DNA of 64,000 nucleotides from Nitrososphaeria archaeon (GTDB taxonomy: Archaea; Thermoproteota; Nitrososphaeria; JACIWG01), in the NCBI GenBank assembly GCA_050011875.1, contig JBEKIG010000004.1, positions 65,589 to 129,588 on the forward strand, in the 5' to 3' direction. The position numbers and the translations under genes are program-made. Positions 8,267 through 18,908 of the stretch are shown piece by piece. The notes under the pieces are model-generated. The model saw only the letters and a list, made by a program, of their open reading frames with translations. It searched no databases and was not told where the DNA came from. The stretch's first letter is position 1. Each line of letters starts with the position of its first letter.

Positions 8267-10888
8267 CTACCGTCTAATTCTGCCCAAGACTATCGCACAC
8301 CCAATCATGACAATGATACCGATAGCAATAGGGATCAAGTATCTCGCAGTCAAATTTTCTGAAACTGTTAAAGACTGCGACGTCGGAGGTGAACTCATGG
8401 TTTCACCTTTGAAGCTATAATATATCTTTGTCGTATTAATCTGATAGTCTCTAGGTGATGAAGAAGATATATATAGAGTACTTGATTCCTGCTTTTCTCC
8501 TTCAAGGGCTGAAATCTGAACCGTATCCGATCCATTGATTATTTTAAATTGCGAAGGCAACAGCACCTTGTACGAGATATTATTTACTGTAACATTTGCG
8601 ACGTTGTTTGTTGTTACCTCTATTTTAATAGACTTTCCTTCTTCAGTCGCACCAACCTGGTTTAATGTTACCTGCGGAGGTGGATAAGAGGTTACAAGAA
8701 TTGTCTGAGAGCTTACGTTCATGCTCCTTCCTGCGAAGAAGAACGTGGCGTTAGATGAAATATCGTTTGTACCGACACCGTTGAACTTAAGGTTAAAATC
8801 GATTTTTTCTTGTGAGCCTGCTCTCATAAGAGCAGTTGTAAAGTTAGAGGATGTTACCGTAAAATTGGAACCAGTGTTCAGTTGCGTTTCTAACCTGAAC
8901 ACATCTTGGTCTCCATTATTGTTAACTATATAATATCCTGTTGTATTGTACGTAGCGAAAGCGGCCCTATCTGCCAAGTTAAGTGAAATTGATAGAGCTA
9001 AAGGTACGCCGTCAGACGTGCTTACAGCCGTAAACGTTATTCCCCCAACCTGGTAAAAAGATGAGGCTGGCGGAAGGACATAGTTCCTGCCGAGGTTTTC
9101 GACTTCACATAAGTAGGTGTAATTCATTGTCTCAGAACTATTGATGCTTTTGACAAGCTTTGTAAGAACTCCATTTTTTTCTGAAAAACTACCGTTGATG
9201 AAGTTTAACCCAGAAGGTAGGCTGTCCGTTATCGTCACATTTGAAGCCTTCGCTACGCCCAAATTTTGGGCGCTAATGCTGAAGTTTAGAAAAATTTTTT
9301 CTCCTACAGTTAACTGGTCTACTTCCTTTGTGAGATTTATCAGTGGAATGTTCATGGTGTTGAACGAGTTTATGAGGGTTAAGTTATTTGACGTACTAGA
9401 TCTTTTCTGAGAGCCATCCGACCAAGAACAGATGTAAGAGTTTTCCGAATTGGGGGATGAAATGTTGCTTAGGGACGATTGGATTATCACCTGTGAGCTT
9501 TCACCTTCTGGTAGAAGGCTTAGAAACTGCCCGCCGTAAGTAAGGTTAAAGGCCGCAAACTTGCCTTCATTTGAAACTCTTACTGTGACCTGATTTGGGG
9601 TTCCGAAGCTGGTTAGAGCCGTCGAAGTCTGGGCTGTTACGTAGACAGATGGCCCGTTTTCGTTAAGGGTGAGGTATAGATCATTCGTTGAAGAGAGAAG
9701 CTGCATTGTTTCCCCTCCGACATTCCAATAATATATAACACTTGATGGAGGAACATAATATTCTTCGGCTGAGCTCGACGTCAATTTGATTCTATAAACT
9801 ATGGTGCGATTCCCTCCTGGCGCTAGGGAATCGATTTTACCTGACGAATTTCCTGCGGTAAGAGTGAATATTCCATCCTTTGACCACCAGTCATCGTTAT
9901 AGGAGATATTAGATGCTGTCGATGTACCTATGTTCGCTATATTGAGCTGAACCTCCATTTCTTCGTTCACGTTAAGTGTTCCTTGGGAAATCTCTCTGTA
10001 TGAGATAAGAGAAGGTGTGCCTGAGGAAAGTGTAACATTTGGAAATGAAAGGCTACCCTCTACTGGAACAGAAATAGAAAGTTCGGATGTCTTTAACTGA
10101 AAATTCCTATTTATGGTGCCCACGTCGCTTGAAATTATTATCTGACCGTATGTGATTAGTTTGAAGCTGCTTAGATCAGATTGATTAGAGGCATCGACCT
10201 TCTGCTGTCCAAAGAACGTGGCGCCGATGCTAACAGTATTGCCTATCGAGATTGGTGCGTCGATGAAATCGACGATGACGCTTCTTTCGAAGCCTCCACC
10301 GCTATTCCTTCCTATCAAGGAGAACTGAGAGATTGCCCTAGACTCTAGTTCAGAGAGAGTAACAAGGCTGCTAAATCCTCCATAGGATTGCGGATACATG
10401 GACCAGATGAAGCTATTTATTACTTCGTCAAAGTTTGACGGCGCCGCAAACACATATGTACCTCCAAAAGTGCCATATGGCGAGAAAGAGAGACCGGTGA
10501 AGTTTCCAAGGGCAGAAGCAAACTGGCTTGCAGAATTAAAGGAGTCCGCTTTGACATAGAGAAATGCGCTATCCGACGACACATATTCAGATAAAGTCAA
10601 ATTGTATCCCAAGTTTGAAAAGTAGATGTATTGGGTTGGCCAAGAATTGAATCTACCAATAAAAAGCTTATAGTATGAGACGTCGGGGAAAGAGGATTCG
10701 ACGGTTTTTATTCCGTTAAAACCTATTCCTGTTCCAGTAAAGTTGAATCGGGTAAGAGCACTGTTACCTATTAAATAAAGTGAAATATTTTCATTGTAAA
10801 CGTTCACCGATTGAGCGTAGCTTAATGGGACAATAAAGGCAGTAATCATAATTAATAAAATAATTATTGATATAACCTTTCTTTGCAT
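8267..10888 (-). CDS. Large secreted/surface glycoprotein (S-layer-like) with an N-terminal signal peptide and a C-terminal TM anchor
   Basis: 873 aa, Ser/Thr/Asn-rich, about 30 N-x-S/T sequons, a hydrophobic N-terminal signal (IIILLIMITAFIV) and a C-terminal hydrophobic helix followed by RIRR. Confidence 0.55.
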   Translation of the reverse strand: MQRKVISIIILLIMITAFIVPLSYAQSVNVYNENISLYLIGNSALTRFNFTGTGIGFNGIKTVESSFPDVSYYKLFIGRFNSWPTQYIYFSNLGYNLTLSEYVSSDSAFLYVKADSFNSASQFASALGNFTGLSFSPYGTFGGTYVFAAPSNFDEVINSFIWSMYPQSYGGFSSLVTLSELESRAISQFSLIGRNSGGGFERSVIVDFIDAPISIGNTVSIGATFFGQQKVDASNQSDLSSFKLITYGQIIISSDVGTINRNFQLKTSELSISVPVEGSLSFPNVTLSSGTPSLISYREISQGTLNVNEEMEVQLNIANIGTSTASNISYNDDWWSKDGIFTLTAGNSSGKIDSLAPGGNRTIVYRIKLTSSSAEEYYVPPSSVIYYWNVGGETMQLLSSTNDLYLTLNENGPSVYVTAQTSTALTSFGTPNQVTVRVSNEGKFAAFNLTYGGQFLSLLPEGESSQVIIQSSLSNISSPNSENSYICSWSDGSQKRSSTSNNLTLINSFNTMNIPLINLTKEVDQLTVGEKIFLNFSISAQNLGVAKASNVTITDSLPSGLNFINGSFSEKNGVLTKLVKSINSSETMNYTYLCEVENLGRNYVLPPASSFYQVGGITFTAVSTSDGVPLALSISLNLADRAAFATYNTTGYYIVNNNGDQDVFRLETQLNTGSNFTVTSSNFTTALMRAGSQEKIDFNLKFNGVGTNDISSNATFFFAGRSMNVSSQTILVTSYPPPQVTLNQVGATEEGKSIKIEVTTNNVANVTVNNISYKVLLPSQFKIINGSDTVQISALEGEKQESSTLYISSSSPRDYQINTTKIYYSFKGETMSSPPTSQSLTVSENLTARYLIPIAIGIIVMIGCAIVLGRIRR

Positions 10889-10946
10889 ACCTCGACCTAT
10901 TCAAACTTTCCTATATATATTATTATAAGAGGAACTACCTTGAACT

Positions 10947-11936
10947 TTACTTCTTTGACTCTTCTGGATCAGCGATGCCGCCTTCGGTTAACGTGAAGAT
11001 GGTGTCAGCTTCAGCATGATATGGACTATCGACGATACGAGCTATCCTGTTCTTACCCGATTTTCTCAAATAGATCCGATACGTGCTTGAATGCGCCATT
11101 ATGTGACCGCCCGTAGGCCGGGTTGGGTCTCCAAAGAAGCTGTCCGGTGCGGCTTGAACCTGGTTTGTTATAACAACCGCGATATGATATATTTCGGAAA
11201 GCCTTATCAGAGTGTGAAGATATCTGTTGAGCCTCTGCTGTCTGTCCGCTAAGGTTCCTCTTCCCAAAAACTCTGATCTGAAGTGTGTCATCGAAGAATC
11301 AACTATCACAAGCTTGCACTTTTCCTTTTCAATATAGTTTGGAATTTCTCTGGTCAAGAGTTCCTGATGGCTCGTATTATAGGCTTTCCCGACAAATATA
11401 CGTTTTAGAACTTCATCCGGATCAAGTCCCTTGTTTTCAGCTATGGAAACAATTCTTTCAGGTCTGAAGGTGTTCTCAGTGTCTATGTAAACGGCTCCAG
11501 AACTTAGTCCTTTTTTCTCCTTAGGCAGCTGGACAGTTACACATAGAGTGTGACAGATCTGGGTCTTGCCTGTTCCGAATTCACCATAAAATTCCGTTAG
11601 AGCTTCGACTTCTATTCCACCGCTTAAAAGATTGTCTACATTATTGGACCCTGTGGTTATCCTCTCAATCATTAATCTACGTTTAAGAACGTCACTCGCA
11701 AGGGAGAACTGGCTTTCCATTAATCCTAGTTCGGTCAACTTCTTTCTAGAACGATTTGACATTTCAACAGCTTTATCATAGTTTATACCAAGAGTTTCTG
11801 AAAGCTCAACTGGACCTAGGGTCATCAACTGCCTGATATCACATATTCCTGCAGCATAGAGCTTGTCCCTTGTGACGGGTCCAATTCCATCTATGCTCTC
11901 TACATCTAGTTCGTCTTCTTCTACCAACTTACTCAT
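10947..11936 (-). CDS. radA: DNA repair and recombination protein RadA
   Basis: N-terminal HhH region, Walker A GEFGTGKTQ, and the YIDTENTFRPERI motif. Confidence 0.9.
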   Translation of the reverse strand: MSKLVEEDELDVESIDGIGPVTRDKLYAAGICDIRQLMTLGPVELSETLGINYDKAVEMSNRSRKKLTELGLMESQFSLASDVLKRRLMIERITTGSNNVDNLLSGGIEVEALTEFYGEFGTGKTQICHTLCVTVQLPKEKKGLSSGAVYIDTENTFRPERIVSIAENKGLDPDEVLKRIFVGKAYNTSHQELLTREIPNYIEKEKCKLVIVDSSMTHFRSEFLGRGTLADRQQRLNRYLHTLIRLSEIYHIAVVITNQVQAAPDSFFGDPTRPTGGHIMAHSSTYRIYLRKSGKNRIARIVDSPYHAEADTIFTLTEGGIADPEESKK

Positions 11937-11972
11937 AAGGGTATAGAATGGGTTTGTTTTTAATCTATCTTT

Positions 11973-13286
11973 TTATGGGTTGAGACGCGTCGGTGTCCTT
12001 GGAAACAGTGAAGCAGCACGGATATGTTTGAGACCGCACAGCCATCTTGTTAATCTTTCAACACCAAGCCCAAATCCTGAATGCGGCGGCAACCCGTACT
12101 TTCTGAGTTCCAGATACCATTCAAAACTCTGTTTCGGAAGCTCTTGCTGCAAAACCCTTCTTTCAAGTTCTTGATAGTCGCTCAACCTTTGTCCTCCGGT
12201 TGTTATTTCGCCATAACCTTCAGGCGCGATGAGGTCAGAAGACAATGTGACCTTATCGTTATCCGGTTTCGTCATATGGTAGAAGCTTCTTGCAGAGAGT
12301 GGAAATTCTTTAACGAAGACAGGTTTGTCGAACTCGTTTGAAATTATTTTTTCACCTTCTGTCGGAATATCTTCCCCCCATTCGAAATTCACACCCTTTT
12401 TAATAAGAAGATTTCTTGCCTCATCATATGTTATCCTATAGAACGGCAGTTCTGGGGGGATAAACTTTCTTCCTAAAATCTTTAACTCGAACGAGCATTC
12501 TTGAGCTACTCTTTGCGCTATGCTACAGATTAGTTCTTCCTCTAAACGCATGATGTCCTCGTGCGTTGCGAAAGCTACTTCAGATTCTATCATCCAAAAT
12601 TCCGTAAGATGTTTTGATGTCTTCGATTTTTCTGCTCTAAAGCATGGCTCAACGGTCCAAACTCTTTCAAGCGCAAATATCGCCGCTTCCTCATATAGTT
12701 GAGCGCTCTGCGTCAGGTAGGCCTTTTGCCCAAAGTAGTCAACTTCAAAAAGTGTAGATCCCCCTTCACATGCAGACTGCACAATCGATGGAGCGCTAAT
12801 TAAGTAGAAGCTGTTCCTAAAGAAATAGTCCGCAGTTGCCTCGATGACTTTTGATCTGACCTTTATAACTGAAGAAGCTTTCTTCCCCCTTATCGAGAGG
12901 TGCCTCATGTCATACAGGTAAGAAGGAGACTTTACCGCACTTTTTGTAATGGGCCAGACATCTGATTTTGCGATAACTTCAAGACTGTCGGCGACTATTT
13001 CTAAACCATATGGCGCCCTTTTATCCACCTTAGTTTTTCCACTGATCTTTACAGCCGATTCGATAGTCAGATTCTTAACCTCTTCAAATACAGAGGGTGA
13101 TACATTTCCTTTCTTGACAGTTGTCTGGATAAATCCACTGCCATCCCTTATGGTGAGAAAGATCATCCCCCCTATCCAACTCTTATTCTGAACCCATCCT
13201 AAGATTGTTGCCTGTTGCGCTCTTTGATCAGAAATAAGTTCTCTTATTGTATGGGTTCTTCCACCGACCTTAAATTTTGTGCTCAA
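11973..13286 (-). CDS. Class IIb aminoacyl-tRNA synthetase: aspartyl-tRNA synthetase (archaeal type) or asparaginyl-tRNA synthetase
   Basis: N-terminal OB-fold anticodon domain, motif 2 FRAE, and a C-terminal GFGLGVERL motif 3. Asp and Asn cannot be separated by eye. Confidence 0.8.
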   Translation of the reverse strand: MSTKFKVGGRTHTIRELISDQRAQQATILGWVQNKSWIGGMIFLTIRDGSGFIQTTVKKGNVSPSVFEEVKNLTIESAVKISGKTKVDKRAPYGLEIVADSLEVIAKSDVWPITKSAVKSPSYLYDMRHLSIRGKKASSVIKVRSKVIEATADYFFRNSFYLISAPSIVQSACEGGSTLFEVDYFGQKAYLTQSAQLYEEAAIFALERVWTVEPCFRAEKSKTSKHLTEFWMIESEVAFATHEDIMRLEEELICSIAQRVAQECSFELKILGRKFIPPELPFYRITYDEARNLLIKKGVNFEWGEDIPTEGEKIISNEFDKPVFVKEFPLSARSFYHMTKPDNDKVTLSSDLIAPEGYGEITTGGQRLSDYQELERRVLQQELPKQSFEWYLELRKYGLPPHSGFGLGVERLTRWLCGLKHIRAASLFPRTPTRLNP

Positions 13287-13579
13287 TCGCAGTCTATGTA
13301 AAAGTTATAAATTTAAAATTTTAATGGTCCTTTAAGAATTTTTGTCGATGGGAATAGGTGCCTTAGATCACCCGATTAGAATCTGATTTGAAGCTCACCT
13401 TTCTCCACAGATCTTAAGCCCTACTATTGCTATTTCTTGCTTCCCTAGTTCGGTCCTCCTGATCCTTCAGCCATCGGTCTTTGGTGGAGTGGTCATGGAC
13501 TGTGTTGTTCCCATAGGCTTGCATGGCGCAATTTTTTTGGCGAATCTAGAAATTTCTAATGCCCATCTTTTAATCGGGT

Positions 13580-14752
13580 TTAGTTGAAATATTTTGTAAT
13601 TTGATCGACAGTATACTTTACCCCATCCATTTGATTAGCAATCTTTGATAGGGAAGAAATATTTGAAGCGAACGAGTAATCGGTTAAAAGCGTATCGATT
13701 CCGTCTGTTAGTCTTTGCCCATCTAAATTCTTGAGCTCGGCCATTCTTCCTATACCGAGTTTGTGCACTTTACGTGCGTTAGCGTACTGTTCTGTATGAT
13801 TTTCTATAGGGATGACAATCATCGGTTTACCGTAAATTATACCATTAGCTATTGAAGAATGCCCTCCTCTTATTACCGCAACATCTGCCAAAGAAAAGAA
13901 ACCTTGCACGTCTTCACACCAATTGTAAATGAATCCGCCTTCTATCTCCGAACGTTGTACTAGACCGGCGGGTTGTCCTAGTGCAATAACATAAACACGC
14001 CGGTTGGAAGTTTCTTTCGCTGCGATAACCAACTGATTTAGAACAGGCCTAATCGTCGTAACCGGACCGCTTAACGGAGCGAAGACAAGTGTTTTTCTCC
14101 TTTTTTCAGTCATTTTATTCACTAGCTCTTCAGTCTTCTTACTTGGGTGCGATCCATTGCGTGCCAGAAAGCCGATGAATTTTTCTTTCCCTTTAACAGC
14201 AGTTACATCGCAAAGATTCTCTTCAGATATGGTATATGGGGGAGGCAGATCTGGAAAAAGCAGTTCATCCGAAGTCCTCCACAACATGCCTAGAACGTTC
14301 GCTTCCAAGTTCTCTAGCCATTTAATCGATCTCTTTTTCCTCGCGCAAGTCGCTAAGATTCTGAGCTGATTCGTTATCGCTATAGTTTTTATACCAAACA
14401 TCTTTGCAGCTAAAAGAGCATCCAATCTAGAATCCGAAACTAAAACATCAGGACGCACTTTCCCGATAATGGAAAGCTCTTTCTCTAGATAGTGGTAGGT
14501 GACCGAGGACAAATTTTTTGACCGGGAAATCAGTTTATAAAAACTAAATGATCCTTCGACTGTCCACAGATACTTGAAGTCCTCTAAACACCAACCCTTT
14601 AAGCCTAGGGAAGTAAAATAGCTCGCGGGTACACCGCTCGAAGAGAAGGTCACCTCAAAACCTTTATCCTTAAGTGTCGCTGCAATATTTCTCATTCTCA
14701 TAGCGTGGCCGAAGCCTATGCCTAAGAAAGAGATATGCACCTTACGATGCAA
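13580..14752 (-). CDS. GT-B fold glycosyltransferase (GT1/MGT or GT28-like)
   Basis: N-terminal GIGFGHAMR and C-terminal IRGGHSSIANG motif are typical of UDP-glycosyltransferase or MurG-like enzymes. Confidence 0.65.
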   Translation of the reverse strand: MHRKVHISFLGIGFGHAMRMRNIAATLKDKGFEVTFSSSGVPASYFTSLGLKGWCLEDFKYLWTVEGSFSFYKLISRSKNLSSVTYHYLEKELSIIGKVRPDVLVSDSRLDALLAAKMFGIKTIAITNQLRILATCARKKRSIKWLENLEANVLGMLWRTSDELLFPDLPPPYTISEENLCDVTAVKGKEKFIGFLARNGSHPSKKTEELVNKMTEKRRKTLVFAPLSGPVTTIRPVLNQLVIAAKETSNRRVYVIALGQPAGLVQRSEIEGGFIYNWCEDVQGFFSLADVAVIRGGHSSIANGIIYGKPMIVIPIENHTEQYANARKVHKLGIGRMAELKNLDGQRLTDGIDTLLTDYSFASNISSLSKIANQMDGVKYTVDQITKYFN

Positions 14753-15361
14753 TTATGCTCTCTTCCTAGAGATGCTGCCATCCTTTTTTTCTTCAAAAAT
14801 TACTGCATTAAACTTGTAGACCTTAACTCCTTTTTTCAGCCAAGAATCTGGTGTAGCACCAGCCTTCATGCACACATTTTCAAGATATTCATTAGAATCC
14901 CACCCGTATTCCCCAGCCACCTGTGGCAGAAGAAGACCTGAACCCCATTCCCATTCAAATACTAGGCCATCTTCACCTACCTTAATTTGTTGAGGGTATT
15001 CGAGAGGAGATTTGACGTTCACCAATTCCAGTGGTGTTAAAACGCTTACTTCAATAAGAACTTTATCCAATTCATTCTTTCTCATTGGATTAAATCTCGG
15101 GTCTTCAGTTGCAGCTGCTATGGCTGCGTCAACCACTGCGTCGGCTAAAGGCAAAAGTGGGGTTGGGTAACCTATGCACCCCCTTAGTTCAGTTACTTTA
15201 CCTTTTACACGATTTATTGTAACGAATACGCCACATTTTTCAGAAAATTTTTCTCTCACATCTTCTGGAGCAACATATCTTACTTTGTCGCTCACATATT
15301 CTTCAATAGCCTTTCTAGCCTGCTGTACTAGGAGTTTTCCATCTTCATCTGAAAGTTCCAA
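14753..15361 (-). CDS. AMMECR1 domain protein
   Basis: CGVFVT...LRGCIG motif characteristic of AMMECR1. Confidence 0.85.
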   Translation of the reverse strand: MELSDEDGKLLVQQARKAIEEYVSDKVRYVAPEDVREKFSEKCGVFVTINRVKGKVTELRGCIGYPTPLLPLADAVVDAAIAAATEDPRFNPMRKNELDKVLIEVSVLTPLELVNVKSPLEYPQQIKVGEDGLVFEWEWGSGLLLPQVAGEYGWDSNEYLENVCMKAGATPDSWLKKGVKVYKFNAVIFEEKKDGSISRKRA

Positions 15362-15378
15362 AATTTGATTCCACCTAC

Positions 15379-15852
15379 TTACGAATCATTTAATCTTTTC
15401 TTAAGTGTTTCCTCAAAATTGCGTATCTTAGCCCAGTGGGAACCGTACCAATAGATTCTACCGCAATTCTCACATTTGTAGAAAATCCTCTTTCGCCTAA
15501 GAACCCCTTTCGGAACCCCCTCCGCTTGTGACTTGCTTATTTTTATCAGCATCGAGTTACAGTGTGGGCATCTAGAGTGTTTGGGATTCAGGTTTGGTTT
15601 CAGCCTGTAGGTTCTAAATATCTTCGTCATTCTCGAGACATCGCTGTCTAAAGGTGCTTCGACTACAGGAATCCTTTCGGAATATGCTCTCTCGATTAGG
15701 TTCTTGTCGGAGGTTATGATTACCCGTTCTTCTTTCTGTGCTGTGGCAAGAATGGTGTCATCATCCAAATTCGCTTCATAGAGAGTGTCGAAGCCGTATA
15801 TTCTCATCTTCCTCGCCAGTTTGCCGTGCATGCAGTCAACTATAAACCTCAT
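15379..15852 (-). CDS. Mut7-C RNase-domain protein (DUF82-like) with a C-terminal zinc ribbon
   Basis: PIN-like N-terminal region plus CPHCN...CENCG ribbon; ~157 aa. Confidence 0.6.
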   Translation of the reverse strand: MRFIVDCMHGKLARKMRIYGFDTLYEANLDDDTILATAQKEERVIITSDKNLIERAYSERIPVVEAPLDSDVSRMTKIFRTYRLKPNLNPKHSRCPHCNSMLIKISKSQAEGVPKGVLRRKRIFYKCENCGRIYWYGSHWAKIRNFEETLKKRLNDS

Positions 15853-17162
15853 TTAGGCTCGACTATCTTTCCATTTCCGACGGAGGTTAGCCCATCTTCT
15901 ATCGAGAAGGCCGTTTTACCTCTGACGATCGTCCTTTCAACCTGAGTTTCAGCCTTAAACCCTTCAAATGGTGAAAATTTTGCTTTCGAGAAGAACTTTG
16001 AAGGATCAACAGAATATTCTGGAACAAATCGTATGAAAGTAAGGTTCGCCATCATACCCTTATCTATTGACCCATGTTTTTTCAATCCAAAAAAGCTGGC
16101 GGGATTAGATGTCAGGCATCTAACCAAGCTGGAAAAAGGTAAAAATCCCTTCTTCGAGAGGGTGAAAAGGACGCAAACAGCCGTTTCTAGACCCGGGAAC
16201 CCTGGTATCGGATTTTCAGAAAGCTTTTCTGAAAGCGCGTGCGGAGCATGATCGGTGCCTATTATATCGATCTGATCTCTCCACATGGAGTTCCTTAAGG
16301 CAACCACATTTGAACGTTTTCTAAGAGGCGGTTCGAGCGTACATATTTTACTGCATTGCCCAAGAACAGAATCGTCTAAGGTAAGATGTGAAGGTGTGGC
16401 CTCAATTGAGAGATTCCTATTATATTCTTTTGCGCTTGATATTTCCCTGATACTATTTATGGTGGAGACATGGCAAAACCGTATTTTCAATGGAAAACCT
16501 TGACACAACCTCAAAATCCTATCTATCATTGAATGTTCAGCTTCCTCGGTATGAGCTTTTGCGTGGTCTTTTGCATCATACTTTTCATTAAGCTTGCCGA
16601 TCTTGTCTGGATCCTCAGCGTGTATAGATAATGGAAGATTCGTTGCTTTGATTTCTTCGAACAGCTCTATCAGATTTTCTTCCTTTGAGAAATCCATGTC
16701 TTCAAAGACCTTATGCGTATAGATCTTGAACCCTACACATCCAGCTTTAGCGAGTTCTCTGACATTTTTGGGGTCAGTTGGCATCGCGTAAAGTCCCACA
16801 TCACACATGATCTTCTTGTCGGCGAGGGTTTTTCTCATAACTATACGTTCCGGTGTTGAGACAGGTGGAACATTATTTGGCATGTCTAAAACAACCGTGA
16901 AGCCGCCTGCAACCGCTGAACTAGTGCCGCTTTCAAAGCTTTCTTTATAGGCTAAAGGTCCATCACGAAGGTGGACATGGCTGTCTATTAAGCCAGGTAG
17001 AACTATAGCTCCTTTTGCATCAATAACCTCGTCGACGTTTACTTCTGCCGTCTTCCTTACGACGCCTTTTATGGTATCATCTTCGATTACGATATCTTTC
17101 TCCACTATTCTCTCGTGTATCCAAGTTCTTCCATTTATAATACGAGACAGCAAGCCTACCAC
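15849..17162 (-). CDS. pyrC: Dihydroorotase or related cyclic amidohydrolase
   Basis: PGLIDSHVHLR metal-binding HxH motif and amidohydrolase length (437 aa). Confidence 0.65.
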   Translation of the reverse strand: MVGLLSRIINGRTWIHERIVEKDIVIEDDTIKGVVRKTAEVNVDEVIDAKGAIVLPGLIDSHVHLRDGPLAYKESFESGTSSAVAGGFTVVLDMPNNVPPVSTPERIVMRKTLADKKIMCDVGLYAMPTDPKNVRELAKAGCVGFKIYTHKVFEDMDFSKEENLIELFEEIKATNLPLSIHAEDPDKIGKLNEKYDAKDHAKAHTEEAEHSMIDRILRLCQGFPLKIRFCHVSTINSIREISSAKEYNRNLSIEATPSHLTLDDSVLGQCSKICTLEPPLRKRSNVVALRNSMWRDQIDIIGTDHAPHALSEKLSENPIPGFPGLETAVCVLFTLSKKGFLPFSSLVRCLTSNPASFFGLKKHGSIDKGMMANLTFIRFVPEYSVDPSKFFSKAKFSPFEGFKAETQVERTIVRGKTAFSIEDGLTSVGNGKIVEPK

Positions 17163-17169
17163 ATGTAAA

Positions 17170-17976
17170 TTACGTTAGAAGCTGGTTGAAAAGCTCTCTT
17201 CTTCTAATTACACCTGAGAAGACTCCTTCTTGTATTACAGGATATATGACTAAGTTGGTGCCGGCTATTAGACTCGATGCCTTCTGCACAGGATCTTGGG
17301 ATTTTAGCTGCTCTGTTACAAGCGTCATGATGTCGTTTGCCACATATTTTCGCAGTGCACTTTTCATGTGATGTATCTGATCATTTGAGAGGTAATTGAA
17401 CAGAAAGGTTGAGAGTTCTTTTTCGCCTACAACGCCTGAGGGAATACTGTTTTGAACGACAGCGAATTCTCTCATGTCCCTATCCTTAAGTATTTCATTG
17501 ATGAGTGAAGAAAGACTGGTTTCTGGAATTGTGCTGTACCCAGTTTTTATGACGTAGTTCTCAACTTTTCCTTTAAGTTCGCTTGCAAGAAGATAGATCA
17601 ACAGGTTCTTGGTTAGTAAGCCAAGCACTGTCCCTTCCCCATTAAAAACGGGAAGAGCGCTTATAGTTTCTCTAGCCATAATATTTACAGCTTCACCAAG
17701 AGTGCTTTTTGCATCGGTATATGTCAAGCGTTCGCTCGTAAATGCCGCTACGCTCAGGGAGGAGGGTGATATGTTACTGAACTTCTTCGAAGCTAGCTTC
17801 ATAAAGACGTCCCTTAATGTCACGACCCCTATCAGCTTGTCCTTATCCTTTACAAGAACTCTGTCAAGTTTTGTCTTTTTTATTTCGTAAAACATCATCG
17901 AAATCTTCTCAGATTTCGATAGAATGCTGACCTTCGGAAGATTAAGGGTAGTTAAACTATCTTTTCTTTGCGGCAA
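17170..17976 (-). CDS. CBS-domain protein
   Basis: Repeated CBS-like segments (LIGVVTLRDV...). Confidence 0.6.
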   Translation of the reverse strand: MPQRKDSLTTLNLPKVSILSKSEKISMMFYEIKKTKLDRVLVKDKDKLIGVVTLRDVFMKLASKKFSNISPSSLSVAAFTSERLTYTDAKSTLGEAVNIMARETISALPVFNGEGTVLGLLTKNLLIYLLASELKGKVENYVIKTGYSTIPETSLSSLINEILKDRDMREFAVVQNSIPSGVVGEKELSTFLFNYLSNDQIHHMKSALRKYVANDIMTLVTEQLKSQDPVQKASSLIAGTNLVIYPVIQEGVFSGVIRRRELFNQLLT

Positions 17977-18811
17977 TTTCGAGTACCTCCTTCTTTGAGA
18001 AGATTCCGCTAACGCGTCCTTCTGAATTTAGCACAGGAAGAGCGCCTATATCTTTTGCTACCATTATCGCAGCCGCATTTTGAACAGTTTCATTCTCGTG
18101 TACGATAATAACAGGACTTGACATAATGTCACCTGCAGTCGCTATAGCTATATAGCTTATTTTGTCATGCGTGGGAGCCCCACCTTTTTGAACAGAACGC
18201 ATAGAATGCACTTTCTTAATTTGAGAAAATTTAGCAAAGGCCAGGTTGGCTGGGGCAATGATTCCGACCGGCTTCCCCTCTTCATCCAGCACTATGACAC
18301 GATGAGGTGGGGTTTTAAACAGTAAATCTATTACGTGGTTTACACTATGGAAGGGGGTGGTAAATGCAACATCCCTGTACATGAAATTCTTCACTACCAT
18401 GCCTGATCGTGGAAACTGGGATACATATTTTGTCATATCGTGAGTTGTTATAATCCCCGCAAGTCTTCCGTCCCATGTCACTGGCACACCTCCAATATTC
18501 TTCTCCAACATCAGCCTTGCCGCCTCACTTATTCCTTCACTATATTCCACCGTCAGGACCTTCCGCTCCATAAAATGCCGAACCAGTAGCCGATCTATCG
18601 ATCTAACTTTAGACGAAGGCTTTGACATTCGAAATGCTCCCGCTAGATCCTCCCTTGTTATTATACCGACGATCTTATCCCCTTCCAGAACCACTAGTCT
18701 TCCTATTTTCTTTGAAAGCATCAAATTTTTTACTCTTGCCAAGGTATCATTAGGCCCTATGACAAAAACATCTTTAGTCATAAAATCGTTTACTGAAGTC
18801 AAACTTAACAC
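17957..18811 (-). CDS. CBS-domain protein (four CBS repeats)
   Basis: Repeated h-G-h-h-T-x-x-D-h segments. The true start is probably the internal Met, MTKDVFVIG. Confidence 0.65.
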   Translation of the reverse strand: MLSLTSVNDFMTKDVFVIGPNDTLARVKNLMLSKKIGRLVVLEGDKIVGIITREDLAGAFRMSKPSSKVRSIDRLLVRHFMERKVLTVEYSEGISEAARLMLEKNIGGVPVTWDGRLAGIITTHDMTKYVSQFPRSGMVVKNFMYRDVAFTTPFHSVNHVIDLLFKTPPHRVIVLDEEGKPVGIIAPANLAFAKFSQIKKVHSMRSVQKGGAPTHDKISYIAIATAGDIMSSPVIIVHENETVQNAAAIMVAKDIGALPVLNSEGRVSGIFSKKEVLEIAAKKR

Positions 18812-18908
18812 TTATAATTAAAATGATAGGTTGTTAAAAACTGTTTCTATCTTAGAATTTCTTGTAGCGGGTTAACCAAGGGTTTTTTAGCAAGGTTTTA
18901 CTATATAC

